64,000 nucleotides of DNA from an uncultured delta proteobacterium (GCA_963711835.1 CAVQFQ010000005.1:320001-384000), one strand, 5' to 3'. Shown: positions 21,363 to 32,185, counted from the stretch's first letter. Translations and numbers: made by a program. Notes: generated by a model from the sequence alone, not told the origin.

Positions 21363-21707
21363 ATGGAGAGGAAAAGAGGGAAAACGAGCACTGAGGAATT
21401 CGAAAAAGCGGCAGCGAAGCGAGACCGGGCAAAGTACGTTCTTCGGCTGTATGTTACCGGGATGACCCCAAAGTCAACCCAGGCAATCGCCAATGTCCAG
21501 AAACTCTGTGAAAAACACCTGGCAGGCCGCTACGAACTCAAGGTGATAGACATCTACCAGCAGCCCAAGCTGGCCAAGGGAGAGCAGATTATTGCCACCC
21601 CAACGCTCATCAAGAAACTCCCCCTGCCGCTCCGGAAGCTCATCGGCGACATGTCGGATACGGAAAGGTTTCTTGTCGGCATCGATCTGAAACCCAAGAA
21701 TTCATGA
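21363..21707 (+). CDS. kaiB: KaiB #2
   Basis: [37 protein letters not shown]. Confidence 0.93.
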   Translation: MERKRGKTSTEEFEKAAAKRDRAKYVLRLYVTGMTPKSTQAIANVQKLCEKHLAGRYELKVIDIYQQPKLAKGEQIIATPTLIKKLPLPLRKLIGDMSDTERFLVGIDLKPKNS

Positions 21708-21717
21708 GTACGAATCA

Positions 21718-23698
21718 ATGAACAAATCGGATAGAACACGCCAGCAACTTTTGGATGAGTTGCAGGAACTCACATCGCGGATGATGGAAGCTGAGGAAAC
21801 TCTGCGCGCTATCCGAGGCGGTGAGGTGGATGGTCTGGTTGTCTCAACGGCGGAAGGAGATCGGGTCTTTACACTATCGGGCGCCGATCATCCTTACCGG
21901 GTCATGGTCGAAACCATGAACGAAGGGGCCGTCACCCTGGCCTCCGACGGCACGATCCTTTTCTGTAACCAACGTTTTGCAGATATCGTCAAAGGGTCTC
22001 TGGAAAAAGTAATAGGATCTTCAATCTACCAATACATTTCATCAACAGACCTTCAATTATTTGAGGCATTGCTTGAGCAGGGTTTAAAGGGGAACAGTAA
22101 GGGGGAACTGGCCTTACAGGCCGGAGGTGAAAATTCTGTACCTGTCTTACTTTCCGTAAGTCCCCTTCAGCGCACGGATATGCCCGGTGCGGTGTGCGCC
22201 GTAATGGTGGACATCACCGAGCGCAAGAAGATGGAGGAGGCGCTAAAGATTTCTGAAACTCGCTACCGCCGTCTCTTTGAAGCAGCCCAAGATGGAATAT
22301 TAATCCTCGATGCCGAGACAGGACAAATAGTGGATGTTAACCCATTCTTGTTAGAAATGTTGGGTTATTCACATGAGGAGCTCTTAGGGAAGAAACTCTG
22401 GGAAATTGGCACCTTTAGAGATATTGAAGCATCGAAAGCCACCTCTTCGGAATTGAAGAGCAAAGGATATGTTCGCTACCATGATTTACCGCTTGAGACG
22501 AAAGACGGACGGCCAATTGCCGTGGAATTTGTCAGTAATGTCTATCTGGTCAATCATCATAAAGTGATTCAGTGTAACATCCGCGACACCACTGAACGGA
22601 AACTTATAGCAGAGGCTTTAAAAAAATCTCACAACGAACTGGAACGACAAGCTGTCGAACTTCGGACGGCTCTTTCTGAAATCAAAACAATGAAAGACCA
22701 ACTCGAGGCCGAGAATATTTACTTCCGTCAAGAGAACAAAATGAAACATCAATTTGAGCATATTCTCGGGCAAAGTGATGGTCTCAAGTATGTTCTCTAT
22801 CGAGCGGAGCAGGTCGCTCCTCCGAACACAACGGTCCTCATCCTCGGTGAGACCGGTACGGGAAAGGAACTGATCGCTGCCGCCATCCACAACATGAGCC
22901 CCCGCAAGGATCGGCCGTTGATCACCGTCAACTGTGCCGCCCTGCCGGGCAATTTAATTGAGAGCGAATTGTTCGGCCGGGAGAAGGGGGCATTTACCGG
23001 GGCCGATACCCGGCAGATAGGCCGTTTCGAGGTCGCCCATGGTTCCACCCTTTGCCTGGACGAGATCGGAGAGCTGCCGCTGGAGGTGCAGGCCAAGCTA
23101 CTCCGGGTGATCCAGCATAACGAGTTTGAGCGCCTGGGCTCGTCCCATACCGTCAAAGTCGATGTACGGATCGTGGCAACGACCAATCGAAACCTTGAGG
23201 AAGAGGTCCGCAAGGGCCGGTTTCGGCAGGACCTTTACTATCGGCTCAACGTCTTCCCCATCACGGTTCCTCCTTTACGGCAGCGGAAAGAAGACATCCC
23301 GCTGATGGTCCAGGCCTTCATAGAACGGTATTCCAGGAAATTGGGCAAACAGATCACGTCGATCCAGAAGGAGACGATGAAGGCGCTGCAGGATTACCCG
23401 TGGCCCGGGAACGTCCGGGAGCTGGAAAGCATCATTGAACGGGCCGTGATCTTGTGCCCCGGGCCGGTCTTGCAGTTGGCAGATAAACTGGAAGTTTCAT
23501 CCCCCCCACTCTCATCCGCCGTGAGAACCCTGGAAGAGACGGAGCGAAACCAAATTCTTAAGATCCTTTCAGAAACCCGATGGCGCATCGAGGGAAAGGA
23601 TGGGGCCGCAGCGATCCTGGGCCTCCACCCGAGTACCTTGAGGGCCAGAATGCATAAGCTCGGGATACTCCCGGCCGAAGACCCGAAAGTCAGATTAA
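21718..23698 (+). CDS. PAS-PAS sigma54 enhancer-binding protein (AAA+, Fis-type HTH); probable true stop at 23698
   Basis: [55 protein letters not shown]; track ORF reads on to 23886 via a probable extra C at ~23670. Confidence 0.93.
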
Positions 23699-23710
23699 TT
23701 GTCCGGCACC

Positions 23711-23870
23711 CCTCAAAGGTCTCCTCAATATATGGAGGACCCACCAAATATGGAGGTCCAACTCATCGTTTCAACCTTCTTTGCTATTCTCTCCTATTAA
23801 TACAACTCCACGATATCAGGACTGATTCCAAACTTCTGCTTTTTTCGGATTTTTGGCAACCCCTTTGCAT
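23711..23870 (+). promoter_or_regulatory. sigma54 promoter module 1
   Basis: UAS CCTCAATATATGGAGG 23723-38 and CCACCAAATATGGAGG 23741-56; TTGGCAACCCCTTTGCA with GG 23855-6, GC 23867-8. Confidence 0.88.
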
Positions 23871-23882
23871 TAACTATTTTCT

Positions 23883-25301
23883 ATGATCCTGGTCGTCATA
23901 AGCATGAAGATTATCAAGCCGTTTTTATTGTTCTGGCTGTCGCTTTCCATTTTGAGCCTTAGCGGGTGTGCGTCCTTGCCGAATGTTTCTGAAAAAATTC
24001 AGGAAGCGCCCCTTAGCCAGAAATCTCCTCAAATCCTTTCGGCCAAAGGACTGTTGTCTCCCAAACAGAGCAAAGCCCTCATGGAACGACTGAAGCGATC
24101 CGTCGACCCGACGGATATGCTGCAACGTTATATCGCCGTAATAGAATCGGTGAGTGAAAGCCCCTTGACCAAAGGGAACAAAGTCACTTTGCTCGTTGAT
24201 GGTCCAGCCACTTATGCCGCCATGTTCAAAGCGGTAGAGAATGCCCGCGACCATATCAATCTCGAAACGTTTACCATGGAAGATATTGTAGATGAAACGG
24301 GGATGAAACTTGCCGATCTATTGTTACAAAAACAGGCGGCCGGTGTTCAGGTGAATATCCTTTATGACAGCCTAGGCAGTTACACTACTCCCGCCTCCTT
24401 TTTTCAACGCCTGCGCGACGGTGGGATTCAGGTGACCGAATTTAACCCGATAAATCCACTTAAGGCTCGCGGAAAATGGCGCTTGGCCAAATCGGATCAC
24501 CGCAAGATTTTGATCGTCGACGGCAAGGTCGCCTTTACCGGGGGCGTCAACATCAGCCAGGTTTATTCGAGCGGGCTTTCTGGAAGGCGGGAACAGGACC
24601 AGACCCAAATCCCATGGCGGGATACCGACGTTCGAATTGAGGGCCCGGCTGTGGCTGAGTTCCAAAAACTTTTTCTGGAAACGTGGCAGAGACAGATGGG
24701 TGCGAAGATCTCCGAACGGAATTACTTCCCCGATTTAATAAAAAATGAGGGAAATACTCTGGTGGGGGTGGTCGGCAGCAGTCCAGGAGAGGCCAACAGG
24801 ATTACTTTTATTCTGTATGTGTCCGCCATCACCTTTGCAGAAAATTCGCTTCATATGACCAATGCCTATTTTGTCCCCGACCACCAGACAGTAGATGCCC
24901 TCACGGAGGCTGCTAAGCGCGGGGTCGATGTGAAGATCATTCTTCCCGGAACCACCGATTCTTCGCTGGCCCAATATGCAGGACAATATTTTTATTCCGA
25001 GCTTTTGAAATCGGGGGTAAAGCTATACCGGCGTCACAATGTCCTCCTACATGCAAAAACTCTGGTCATTGACGACATCTGGGCGACAGTCGGCTCTACT
25101 AATATGGATTTCTGGAGCTTTTCAAGCAATGACGAAGTGAACGCGGTTATTCTGAGCCGCGAGTTTGCTATGGAAATGGAGAAGATGTTTGCCGCGGATC
25201 TTGCGGAGTCGGGCGAGATTCGACGGGAAGAATGGGAAAAAAGACCTCTGCTTTCCAAGATTCGGGAGTGGGCAGCCTATTTATTCTCACACTGGCTATA
25301 G
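23883..25301 (+). CDS. cls: Cardiolipin synthase / PLD-family protein with lipoprotein signal
   Basis: Two HKD motifs ([16 protein letters not shown]); LSGC lipobox; alternative start 23904. Confidence 0.88.
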   Translation: MILVVISMKIIKPFLLFWLSLSILSLSGCASLPNVSEKIQEAPLSQKSPQILSAKGLLSPKQSKALMERLKRSVDPTDMLQRYIAVIESVSESPLTKGNKVTLLVDGPATYAAMFKAVENARDHINLETFTMEDIVDETGMKLADLLLQKQAAGVQVNILYDSLGSYTTPASFFQRLRDGGIQVTEFNPINPLKARGKWRLAKSDHRKILIVDGKVAFTGGVNISQVYSSGLSGRREQDQTQIPWRDTDVRIEGPAVAEFQKLFLETWQRQMGAKISERNYFPDLIKNEGNTLVGVVGSSPGEANRITFILYVSAITFAENSLHMTNAYFVPDHQTVDALTEAAKRGVDVKIILPGTTDSSLAQYAGQYFYSELLKSGVKLYRRHNVLLHAKTLVIDDIWATVGSTNMDFWSFSSNDEVNAVILSREFAMEMEKMFAADLAESGEIRREEWEKRPLLSKIREWAAYLFSHWL

Positions 25302-25404
25302 AAAATCCCTCTTGCTGCAGGGGCGAGTTGCGGATTTCTTGCCCTACCCTGAAGGTAATATTTAATCTATGGGGATTTCAAAAGGTGCCGAGAGGAGAAA
25401 TCTC

Positions 25405-25983
25405 ATGAGCCTAAAGATAATCTTTTCGATTAGTCTCATAGAAGCCATTTCCTTGTTATTGATTTTTGGGTCCCTAGGTGAATCAGCAGAGTCTGACCGA
25501 CCGATAAGTTGGGCCACGCCGATCCAAATGCAAGGGGTTAGTAGTTTATATAAGATTACAGATTATCTCTATAGAAGTGATCAGCCAACCGAAGAAGGAA
25601 TGAAGAATTTTGAAAAAATGGGAATAAAGACCGTAATAAACCTGCGGACTTTCCATTCTGATTTGGATAAAATCAAAAAGACAGGATTGCTCCATGAAGA
25701 ATTAAGCGTAAAACCGTGGCATATTGAAGATGAAGACGTAATTAGAGTTCTGCAAATAATCAAAAAAAGAGAGAATGGTCCATTTTTAATGCACTGCTGG
25801 CGCGGAGCGGATAGACTCGGTCTTATGGTTGCGATGTTTAGAATTGTAGAACAAGGATGGACGAAAGATGAGGCGATTCAAGAAATGGTGAAAGGTGGGT
25901 ATGGATTTCATGCGACCTGGCGTAACATCATTGATTATGTACAGAATGTAGACGTGGAAAAAATACGAAAAGAAGTGGAATAA
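25405..25983 (+). CDS. Secreted tyrosine/dual-specificity phosphatase-family protein
   Basis: YRSDQP, KTVINLR, HCWRGADR (CX5R); AGGAG RBS. Confidence 0.82.
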   Translation: MSLKIIFSISLIEAISLLLIFGSLGESAESDRPISWATPIQMQGVSSLYKITDYLYRSDQPTEEGMKNFEKMGIKTVINLRTFHSDLDKIKKTGLLHEELSVKPWHIEDEDVIRVLQIIKKRENGPFLMHCWRGADRLGLMVAMFRIVEQGWTKDEAIQEMVKGGYGFHATWRNIIDYVQNVDVEKIRKEVE

Positions 25984-26074
25984 GAATCACTTACACATCC
26001 TGCGGAGATGCTATCGCAAGCACTCCGGCAGGTTTTTGCTCTTAGAATATTTATCTCGGAACAGGAGGGAAGCG

Positions 26075-26901
26075 GTGACTAATATCGGAATGCCCGCCTT
26101 CTGCTTAACCGTCAGGTCGTTTACGAGGGCGACGACGATCGGCCTGCTGGTTCTCGTGACCATGTTGTTAGGCCCTCCCCCGCTTCCGGCGGCTCCGGTC
26201 CCGGTGCGCTTCGTCGAGGGCGCCATACACGGTTTTCTCATGCTGCGCACAGTCGACGGCGCCCTCATTGCCTCGGGCGATCTCCTCCAAGTCGGCCGGG
26301 GGGAGGGGTCGAGAGCCGTACAGTGTTCCACTTCAAGGATGGGTCGTTATTCGACGAGACGGTGGTATTCACCCAGCAGCACGTATTTACCATGCAAAGC
26401 TACCACCTGGTACAGCGCGGGCCCGTATTCGCCGAGGACACCGAGATCTCGTTGGAACGGACCGGGAAATACCGCGTGAAAACCAGGGGCCGCAAGGACG
26501 GGCGGGAGAAGGGGCTTGAGGGCACACTCGAACTGCCCCCGGACGTTTACAACGGCATGGTTCTTACCGTCGTGAAGAATCTACCCAAGGAGGCCAGCGA
26601 GACCGTCCACATCGTGGCCTTTACACCCATGCCCCGGATCATCCAGCTGAAGCTGGCACCGAAAGGCGAGCACAAGGTGATGATAGGCGAACTCGCGAAG
26701 ACCGCGATCCAATATGTATTCAAGCCCCAGCTCGGGGTCTGGCTCAAGCTCTTCGCCACGCTGCTCGGGCGCGTGCCGCCGGACTACCACGCCTGGATCA
26801 TCGCTGACGAGGTGCCAGCGTTTGCGAGGTTCGAGGGACCGCTCTACACGACGGGGCCGGTCTGGCGGATCGAGCTGACGAGCCCCCGTTGGCCAGACTA
26901 A
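26075..26901 (+). CDS. Conserved-looking secreted hypothetical protein, frameshifted ~26300-26325
   Basis: Signal peptide + VRFVEGAIHGFL in frame 1 continues as FHFKDGSLFDETVVF...FEGPLY in frame 2. Confidence 0.6.
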
Positions 26902-26983
26902 AGGGGAGGGTGTTTTATCCTGGCCCCCTGAGTGGAAGGGAGTCTTAATAGATATTTAAAAATGAGGAAAGGAGAAAAATGGT

Positions 26984-27136
26984 ATGGGAATCATACTGAC
27001 CGTCATCTTAGTCATCGTGCTCATCGGCGCCCTGCCCACCTGGGGCCACAGTAAGTCCTGGGGACCCTATCCCAGCGGCGGAGTCGGATTGATCCTTCTG
27101 ATAGTGATCATCCTGTTACTACTGGGGCGGATTTGA
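26984..27136 (+). CDS. DUF3309-family small membrane protein, copy 1 (50 aa)
   Basis: LIGALPTWGHSKSWGPYPSGG; AGGAG RBS. Confidence 0.85.
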   Translation: MGIILTVILVIVLIGALPTWGHSKSWGPYPSGGVGLILLIVIILLLLGRI

Positions 27137-27320
27137 GGTAGCTTTGAGGCACATGAATTAGTCCTCATCACCAACGACAGGCCGCATTTTTGGAAGGTCT
27201 GAAGCAAACCCTGGCGAGGGACAGGGAATATCGTCTTCTGTGACGAGGCAAGCGCGAGCCAGCAGGTGCGCAACCGGATCTGGAAGAACGAATACGACTG
27301 ATTCGCTAAAGGAGATGCAA

Positions 27321-27521
27321 ATGATAAAACTGGGTAAGAGTGTCATGGCGGCATTAGTAATGGGTGCTCTGATTGCAGGGCTATTATGCTGCCAGAAAAA
27401 AGAGGGCCCCGTGGAGCGCGCCGGCAAGCAAATCGATAAGGCGGTAGAAAAAGCCGGGCAGCAGATCGAAAAGGCTGGTGAGAAAATCGAAGATACGGCA
27501 AAAGACGCCAATAAAAAATAG
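27321..27521 (+). CDS. Small lipoprotein with amphipathic helical repeats
   Basis: CQKKEGPVERAGKQIDKAVEKAGQQIEKAGEKIED; AAGGAG RBS. Confidence 0.75.
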   Translation: MIKLGKSVMAALVMGALIAGLLCCQKKEGPVERAGKQIDKAVEKAGQQIEKAGEKIEDTAKDANKK

Positions 27522-27787
27522 CCTTTACGAAGCGCGCCGATTTAACCTGCCGATGGCGTCCCTATCGGCCAAACCCGCTTCGTGCCTGCGTGGCTAAGCG
27601 TTTTGCTGTGGCCCGCCGTAGCGGATTTTGGCGGGCATGGTCGTAGTCGAGCATTGGTGCAAAAAGGGAATAGCGTATGTTGCGGTGTCCTATCGGTTGG
27701 AGCGGTGCTGGCTTTGTTCCAGCGTTTTCGTTGCATCCGACCGTTACGGCGCAGGCTGAGCTGTAACATTATAGGAGGTAGCCGTGT

Positions 27788-28129
27788 ATGTACGAACATC
27801 GAACGCGCCCTATCCTCAGTAGAGCCGATTTTGCAAAGCGCATCGCCCGCCATGTTATGCTGGCCCTTATTGTCCTCGTCTTGGCCTTGGGCATTGGAGT
27901 CGTCGGTTACCACTACCTGGGAGAGCTGGAATGGCTGGATGCACTGCTCAATGCTTCGATGATTCTGGGCGGAATGGGACCTGTGGATCCTCTGCATAAA
28001 CCGGTGGCGAAACTGTTCGCCTCCTGTTACGCCTTATTTTCAGGGCTAGTTTTCATCGGCGTGGCCTCCTTGTTGGTGGCGCCATTCGCCCACCGTTTAT
28101 TGCACCGCTTCCACTTGGATGAACGATAA
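27788..28129 (+). CDS. Small 2-TM ion-channel-like membrane protein
   Basis: GYHYL..WLDALLNASMILGGMGP..KLFASCYALFSG; lacks the TVGYG K+ filter. Confidence 0.7.
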   Translation: MYEHRTRPILSRADFAKRIARHVMLALIVLVLALGIGVVGYHYLGELEWLDALLNASMILGGMGPVDPLHKPVAKLFASCYALFSGLVFIGVASLLVAPFAHRLLHRFHLDER

Positions 28130-28253
28130 AAGAAACACTGCCTTGTCCAGGGGGAGGGGTCACCAAAGGGAGTTCTTATCATTCTGTTGGCCATGTCCTT
28201 TATCTTTGGCAAAGAATGAGTAATTTTTGAAATGAAGGTGAGAGGTGTATTTT

Positions 28254-29729
28254 ATGAATGCGAAGGATAAACAGCACCGGGGTATTCTACAGAGAATCGC
28301 CCGGAGGGTGATGCTTGAGAGGGGTTTACTCCCCGACTTTTCTGTTGAAGCACTCTCCGAACTGGCCGGGATTCAGGGGCCGGCGACAATGGATGGTGAG
28401 CAGGTTCGTGACCGGAGGGACCTTCTTTGGGCTTCCATTGACAACGATGACTCCCGTGATTTGGATCAACTTACCGTTGCCGAGGCGCTGCCTGACGACC
28501 AAGTAAAGATCTTTGTTGCCGTGGCTGACGTGGACTCGATCGTTAAGAATGGCTCGGCCATTGACGATCACGCCCGCCACAATACGACCTCTGTCTATAC
28601 GGCTCCCACGCTATTTCCGATGCTTCCTGAAAAGCTTTCGACCGATCTTACCTCCTTAAACTTCAATGAGGATCGACTATCCATTGTCGTCGAAATGGTG
28701 ATCGGCAATGACGGGTCCCTCCAGGATTCGGATATCTACCGGGCGCTTGTCCGCAATCAGGCCAAGCTCGCCTATAACAGCGTTGCCGCCTGGCTGGAAG
28801 GGAAAGGAATTGTGCTTGAGGCTATCGCTGCCGTAAAGGGACTTGATGAGAATCTACGCCTGCAGGACAGGGTAGCACAAAGGTTGAAGAACTTCCGGCA
28901 GGTTCACGGGGCACTCAGCTTTGAAACCATTGAAGCGAGGCCGATATTTGATGGCGATGAAATCCGGGCCCTCGAAGTGGAAAAAAAGAACCGCGCCAAG
29001 GACCTTATTGAGGATTTTATGATAGCGGCCAACGGCGTTACTGCCCGGTATCTCTCATCAAAAAAATTCCCTTCCCTACGGCGGGTGGTCCGCAATCCAA
29101 AACGATGGGAACGGATCGTCGAGATAGCCGAGGAACACGGGTTCAAACTTCCTTCTAATCCGGATTCAAGCGACCTGGAGGAATTCCTGATGAAGGAGAA
29201 AGCAGCCGATCCGCTGAGATTCCCCGACCTCTCCCTCTCCATTATCAAACTGATGGGAGCCGGGGAATACGTGGCAGAACTTCCAGGAGACACGGCTCCC
29301 CCGGGACACTTTGGTCTCGCAGTCAGGGACTATACCCATTCCACCGCCCCTAACCGCCGATACCCGGATCTCATCACGCAGCGGCTGCTGAAGGCTGCCA
29401 TGGCTCAACATCCCGTACCCTATGAGAAAGATGACCTGGAGGCTCTGGGCAAACATTGCACCGAGGGAGAGGATGCCGCCAGGAAGGTTGAACGGCTGGT
29501 CGAAAAATCCGCAGCCGCGATACTGCTCGAGTCAAGAATCGGGGAACGGTTCGATGCCCTGGTCACTGGTGCAGCCGCCAAAGGCACGTGGGTCCGTCTT
29601 CTGCATCCTCCTATTGAAGGAAAACTGGCGCAGGGTTTCGAAGGGATTGACGTGGGTCAAAGGGTTCGCGTCCAACTGATTCACACAGACGTGGAGCGGG
29701 GATTCATCGACTTCAAGAGAATTAAATGA
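28254..29729 (+). CDS. RNB-domain exoribonuclease (RNase II/R family)
   Basis: SIDNDDSRDLDQ, IEDFMIAAN, YTHSTAPNRRYPDL, S1-like C-terminus. Confidence 0.9.
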   Translation: MNAKDKQHRGILQRIARRVMLERGLLPDFSVEALSELAGIQGPATMDGEQVRDRRDLLWASIDNDDSRDLDQLTVAEALPDDQVKIFVAVADVDSIVKNGSAIDDHARHNTTSVYTAPTLFPMLPEKLSTDLTSLNFNEDRLSIVVEMVIGNDGSLQDSDIYRALVRNQAKLAYNSVAAWLEGKGIVLEAIAAVKGLDENLRLQDRVAQRLKNFRQVHGALSFETIEARPIFDGDEIRALEVEKKNRAKDLIEDFMIAANGVTARYLSSKKFPSLRRVVRNPKRWERIVEIAEEHGFKLPSNPDSSDLEEFLMKEKAADPLRFPDLSLSIIKLMGAGEYVAELPGDTAPPGHFGLAVRDYTHSTAPNRRYPDLITQRLLKAAMAQHPVPYEKDDLEALGKHCTEGEDAARKVERLVEKSAAAILLESRIGERFDALVTGAAAKGTWVRLLHPPIEGKLAQGFEGIDVGQRVRVQLIHTDVERGFIDFKRIK

Positions 29730-29978
29730 TTCATTCGTTGAGTCTCAGGGCTTATGAACCCTTAATTTTGTTAGGCCAAATAGTTTATCAAGGCCTTCTC
29801 CCTGTCTTCCTGAACTAAACCCCGAACACTTTTTCCTAAAAATGTCTATTTCTACTGGAAATCATAGGACAGTCATTGGTGAAACAAAATGGTGTTTTTG
29901 TTCGCCCCACATCTCGGCTCACTCCTATCCCATCGGGAAGGTGCCCGGTTTCAGGTGTCTGTTAAGATGTCCGGCTAT

Positions 29979-30139
29979 CCTCAAAGTTTCCCTCAATATA
30001 ATGAGGCTCCGCCAAATATGGAGGTCCAACCCATCGTTTCAACCCTCTTTCCTGTTCTCTTCTGTTAATCAAACCCTCTGATATCAGGCTTGATTTCCGA
30101 CTTTTTCTTTTTCCCAGGCTGTTGGTAAGCTACTTGCAT
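29979..30139 (+). promoter_or_regulatory. sigma54 promoter module 2
   Basis: CCTCAATATAATGAGG 29991-30006, CCGCCAAATATGGAGG 30009-24; TTGGTAAGCTACTTGCA with GG 30124-5, GC 30136-7. Confidence 0.85.
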
Positions 30140-30286
30140 TCTGAAAAACTTTAAGTTTATCCGGCTCTTTGCCCTTGAAAATAATTATCCGGAACAGAAT
30201 AAGGACTCAGGGAAATAACAATGTATGGGTTACTTTTTTAAACTTTGCAATCGTATGATTGCACATCTAAAAGCAGGAGGAGAGAA

Positions 30287-30853
30287 ATGAAAAAGGTTAT
30301 TTTGTTGTCAGTGTTAGTGGTTTTTGGATTAGCCTTGTTTTCGGGTTGCGCCTCTATGCAAACATGGCCAGATAATGAAAGGAGTGCAGAGAACAAGATG
30401 GTTGTAATCCAGGAGAAAATTGGGGATGGGCTGAAAACCGGTGCGCTTACCCCCGATCAGTCCCAGATGTTTCTGACGACACTGAAGGGTATTCGAACAG
30501 ACTATACGGAACTGAGAGACAAAGTGGTCTCCCGGGATGAATGGGACAGGCTTCTTGGAAGACTTGATGCGCTTGAAGATGAGATCAACAGAGCGCTTGC
30601 CCGGACCGCAAGAATTGAAGAACCAAGGAGGAATGGGGACAGGATTGTCGCACTCCAAAGGAGAATTGATGATGGAAGAATCAACGGACGTTTACCCCTG
30701 ACAGAGGGGCGAGAATTTCAATCCAGACTGGACTCCATTCGGCGTGAATATTTGCGGATGACGGAAGGAGGCAGATACACCGCGCACGAGGAGAGAGCAG
30801 ACATCTCACGCAGGCTCGATTCATTGGAAACGGATCTAAATCGGTATCGGTAG
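30287..30853 (+). CDS. Helical lipoprotein with two internal repeats
   Basis: FSGC lipobox; IQEKIGDGLKTGALT / LQRRIDDGRINGRLP repeat. Confidence 0.7.
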   Translation: MKKVILLSVLVVFGLALFSGCASMQTWPDNERSAENKMVVIQEKIGDGLKTGALTPDQSQMFLTTLKGIRTDYTELRDKVVSRDEWDRLLGRLDALEDEINRALARTARIEEPRRNGDRIVALQRRIDDGRINGRLPLTEGREFQSRLDSIRREYLRMTEGGRYTAHEERADISRRLDSLETDLNRYR

Positions 30854-30935
30854 ACGCAATTTAATGAGATGGTGGTGTCAAAACCCTAAGAGATTCTACC
30901 GGCTTGCCGGGAAATCTATTTGAAAGGAGAATCAC

Positions 30936-31082
30936 ATGTTGTGGACAATTGCTGTAATACTGATAGTTTTGTGGCTGCTGGGGTTGGTGACCAGTTATAC
31001 GATGGGAGGGTTCATTCACATCGCGCTGGTGATTGCCATTATCGTTGTGATAGTCGGCTTCGTTCAGAGGCAACGAGGGTAG
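30936..31082 (+). CDS. lmo0937-family small membrane protein, copy 1 (48 aa)
   Basis: MLWTIAVILIVLWLLGLVTSYTMGGFIHIALVIA; AAGGAG RBS. Confidence 0.85.
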   Translation: MLWTIAVILIVLWLLGLVTSYTMGGFIHIALVIAIIVVIVGFVQRQRG

Positions 31083-31146
31083 TGAAGCACAGTCCTCAAT
31101 TTTTTCTGCAACGTTTAGATGAAGTAAACCCTTTGAAAGGAGAAAA

Positions 31147-31476
31147 ATGAACATGAGCAAATTAGAAATTAAAGGGGCCTTGGGCTTGGTTTTATTGGTG
31201 GCGGTGCTGATGATCGGCTGTGGTTCAACCTCTTCCGGTGGAGGATTTGCCAACGTGGATGTTCAGTACTCGATATCCGGGGATCGCATCACTCATAACG
31301 CTAACGAATCCCAGGATTATACTCTCCCGGGGGTGGGGACCGATTTCCGGAAACTGACCTGGTTTTGCGCAAACTATAAAGACCATCAGAGAAGTCGCGT
31401 TGAGCTGACCTTTAAAAAATCAAATAATACCTGGGTGTTGGATAAAGAGGATTTCAGCGGCGGTAGTTGCGCATAG
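31147..31476 (+). CDS. Hypothetical lipoprotein
   Basis: MIGC lipobox, AAGGAG RBS. Confidence 0.65.
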   Translation: MNMSKLEIKGALGLVLLVAVLMIGCGSTSSGGGFANVDVQYSISGDRITHNANESQDYTLPGVGTDFRKLTWFCANYKDHQRSRVELTFKKSNNTWVLDKEDFSGGSCA

Positions 31477-31531
31477 CCGTTATTCCTTTCCTTAACGATA
31501 ACCCTGACCGCCTCTCTCTTAAAATGAACCT

Positions 31532-31999
31532 TCAGCTTTGGTAACGAAGTGGACGGGAGGGGGCGACAAAGAAGCACGCAAAAATCAGCCGCGAGTGTAA
31601 TGAGTCGGCTGTATTGCCTTGGGAATCATTTGTCCTTTTCATCCTATTCGCTGTCACGGGCTGACTCATTGTCTTCTCTTTGTCTACTCTTAAGCCAAGC
31701 ACTCGCGGCATCGATATGGTAAACCATTTCAATGACAGCCCGGCAATTCTTGCCGTAGTCTCATGAAACGATTGGATGGCCGCGTGCTCTGCAAGGTCTA
31801 TAACGGCGGGGTAACCTCTGACACGAAAAAAGGCTTCTGTAGGCCCAAAACGTCCCTTTAGGGCACGGACATCAACTACTACTACCACAGCCCCGAGGTT
31901 TATTGCGTTTACGATATCGATCACTTCATTCTGCAGCTTTTGAACAGTGTTCGCCGTTACTTCGCCTGTGATGACAGTTTCAATGATTCCTTCATTCAC
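31532..31999 (-). pseudogene. Probable degraded STAS/SpoIIAA-like small gene, the only antisense gene in the block
   Basis: GIIETVITGEVT, VVVDVRALKG, FHETTARIAGLSLKWFT, then apparent read-through into non-coding DNA. Confidence 0.45.
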
Positions 32000-32025
32000 A
32001 AACGCCCGCTAAGTTGTTCGGTACC

Positions 32026-32185
32026 CCTCAAAGATTCCCACAATATATGGAGGTTCCACCAGATATTGAGGTCAAAAAATAGTTTCAACCTTCTTTACTA
32101 ATCTCTCCTGTTCATCTAACTATACGATATCAAGTTTGATTCCAGACTTTTTCTTTTCCACAGGTTGTTGGTAAACTACTTGCAT
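32026..32185 (+). promoter_or_regulatory. sigma54 promoter module 3
   Basis: CCACAATATATGGAGG 32038-53, CCACCAGATATTGAGG 32056-71; TTGGTAAACTACTTGCA with GG 32170-1, GC 32182-3. Confidence 0.85.

Noticed and set aside
23699-23886. ~60-aa C-terminal extension of the sigma54 activator in the ORF track
   Set aside because: It only translates promoter module 1; removing one C at ~23670 gives the usual KLGIxRP ending and a stop at 23696-23698.
29842-30081. Short ORFs over the modules (also 39234-39443) that resemble each other
   Set aside because: The similarity comes from the shared regulatory DNA; frames are not conserved across copies and there is no RBS.
30860-30912. c-di-GMP-I riboswitch before lmo0937 genes (ttgccgg ends here and at ~48842)
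   Set aside because: The GGCAAA / GAAA tetraloop / GCAAAG elements are absent.
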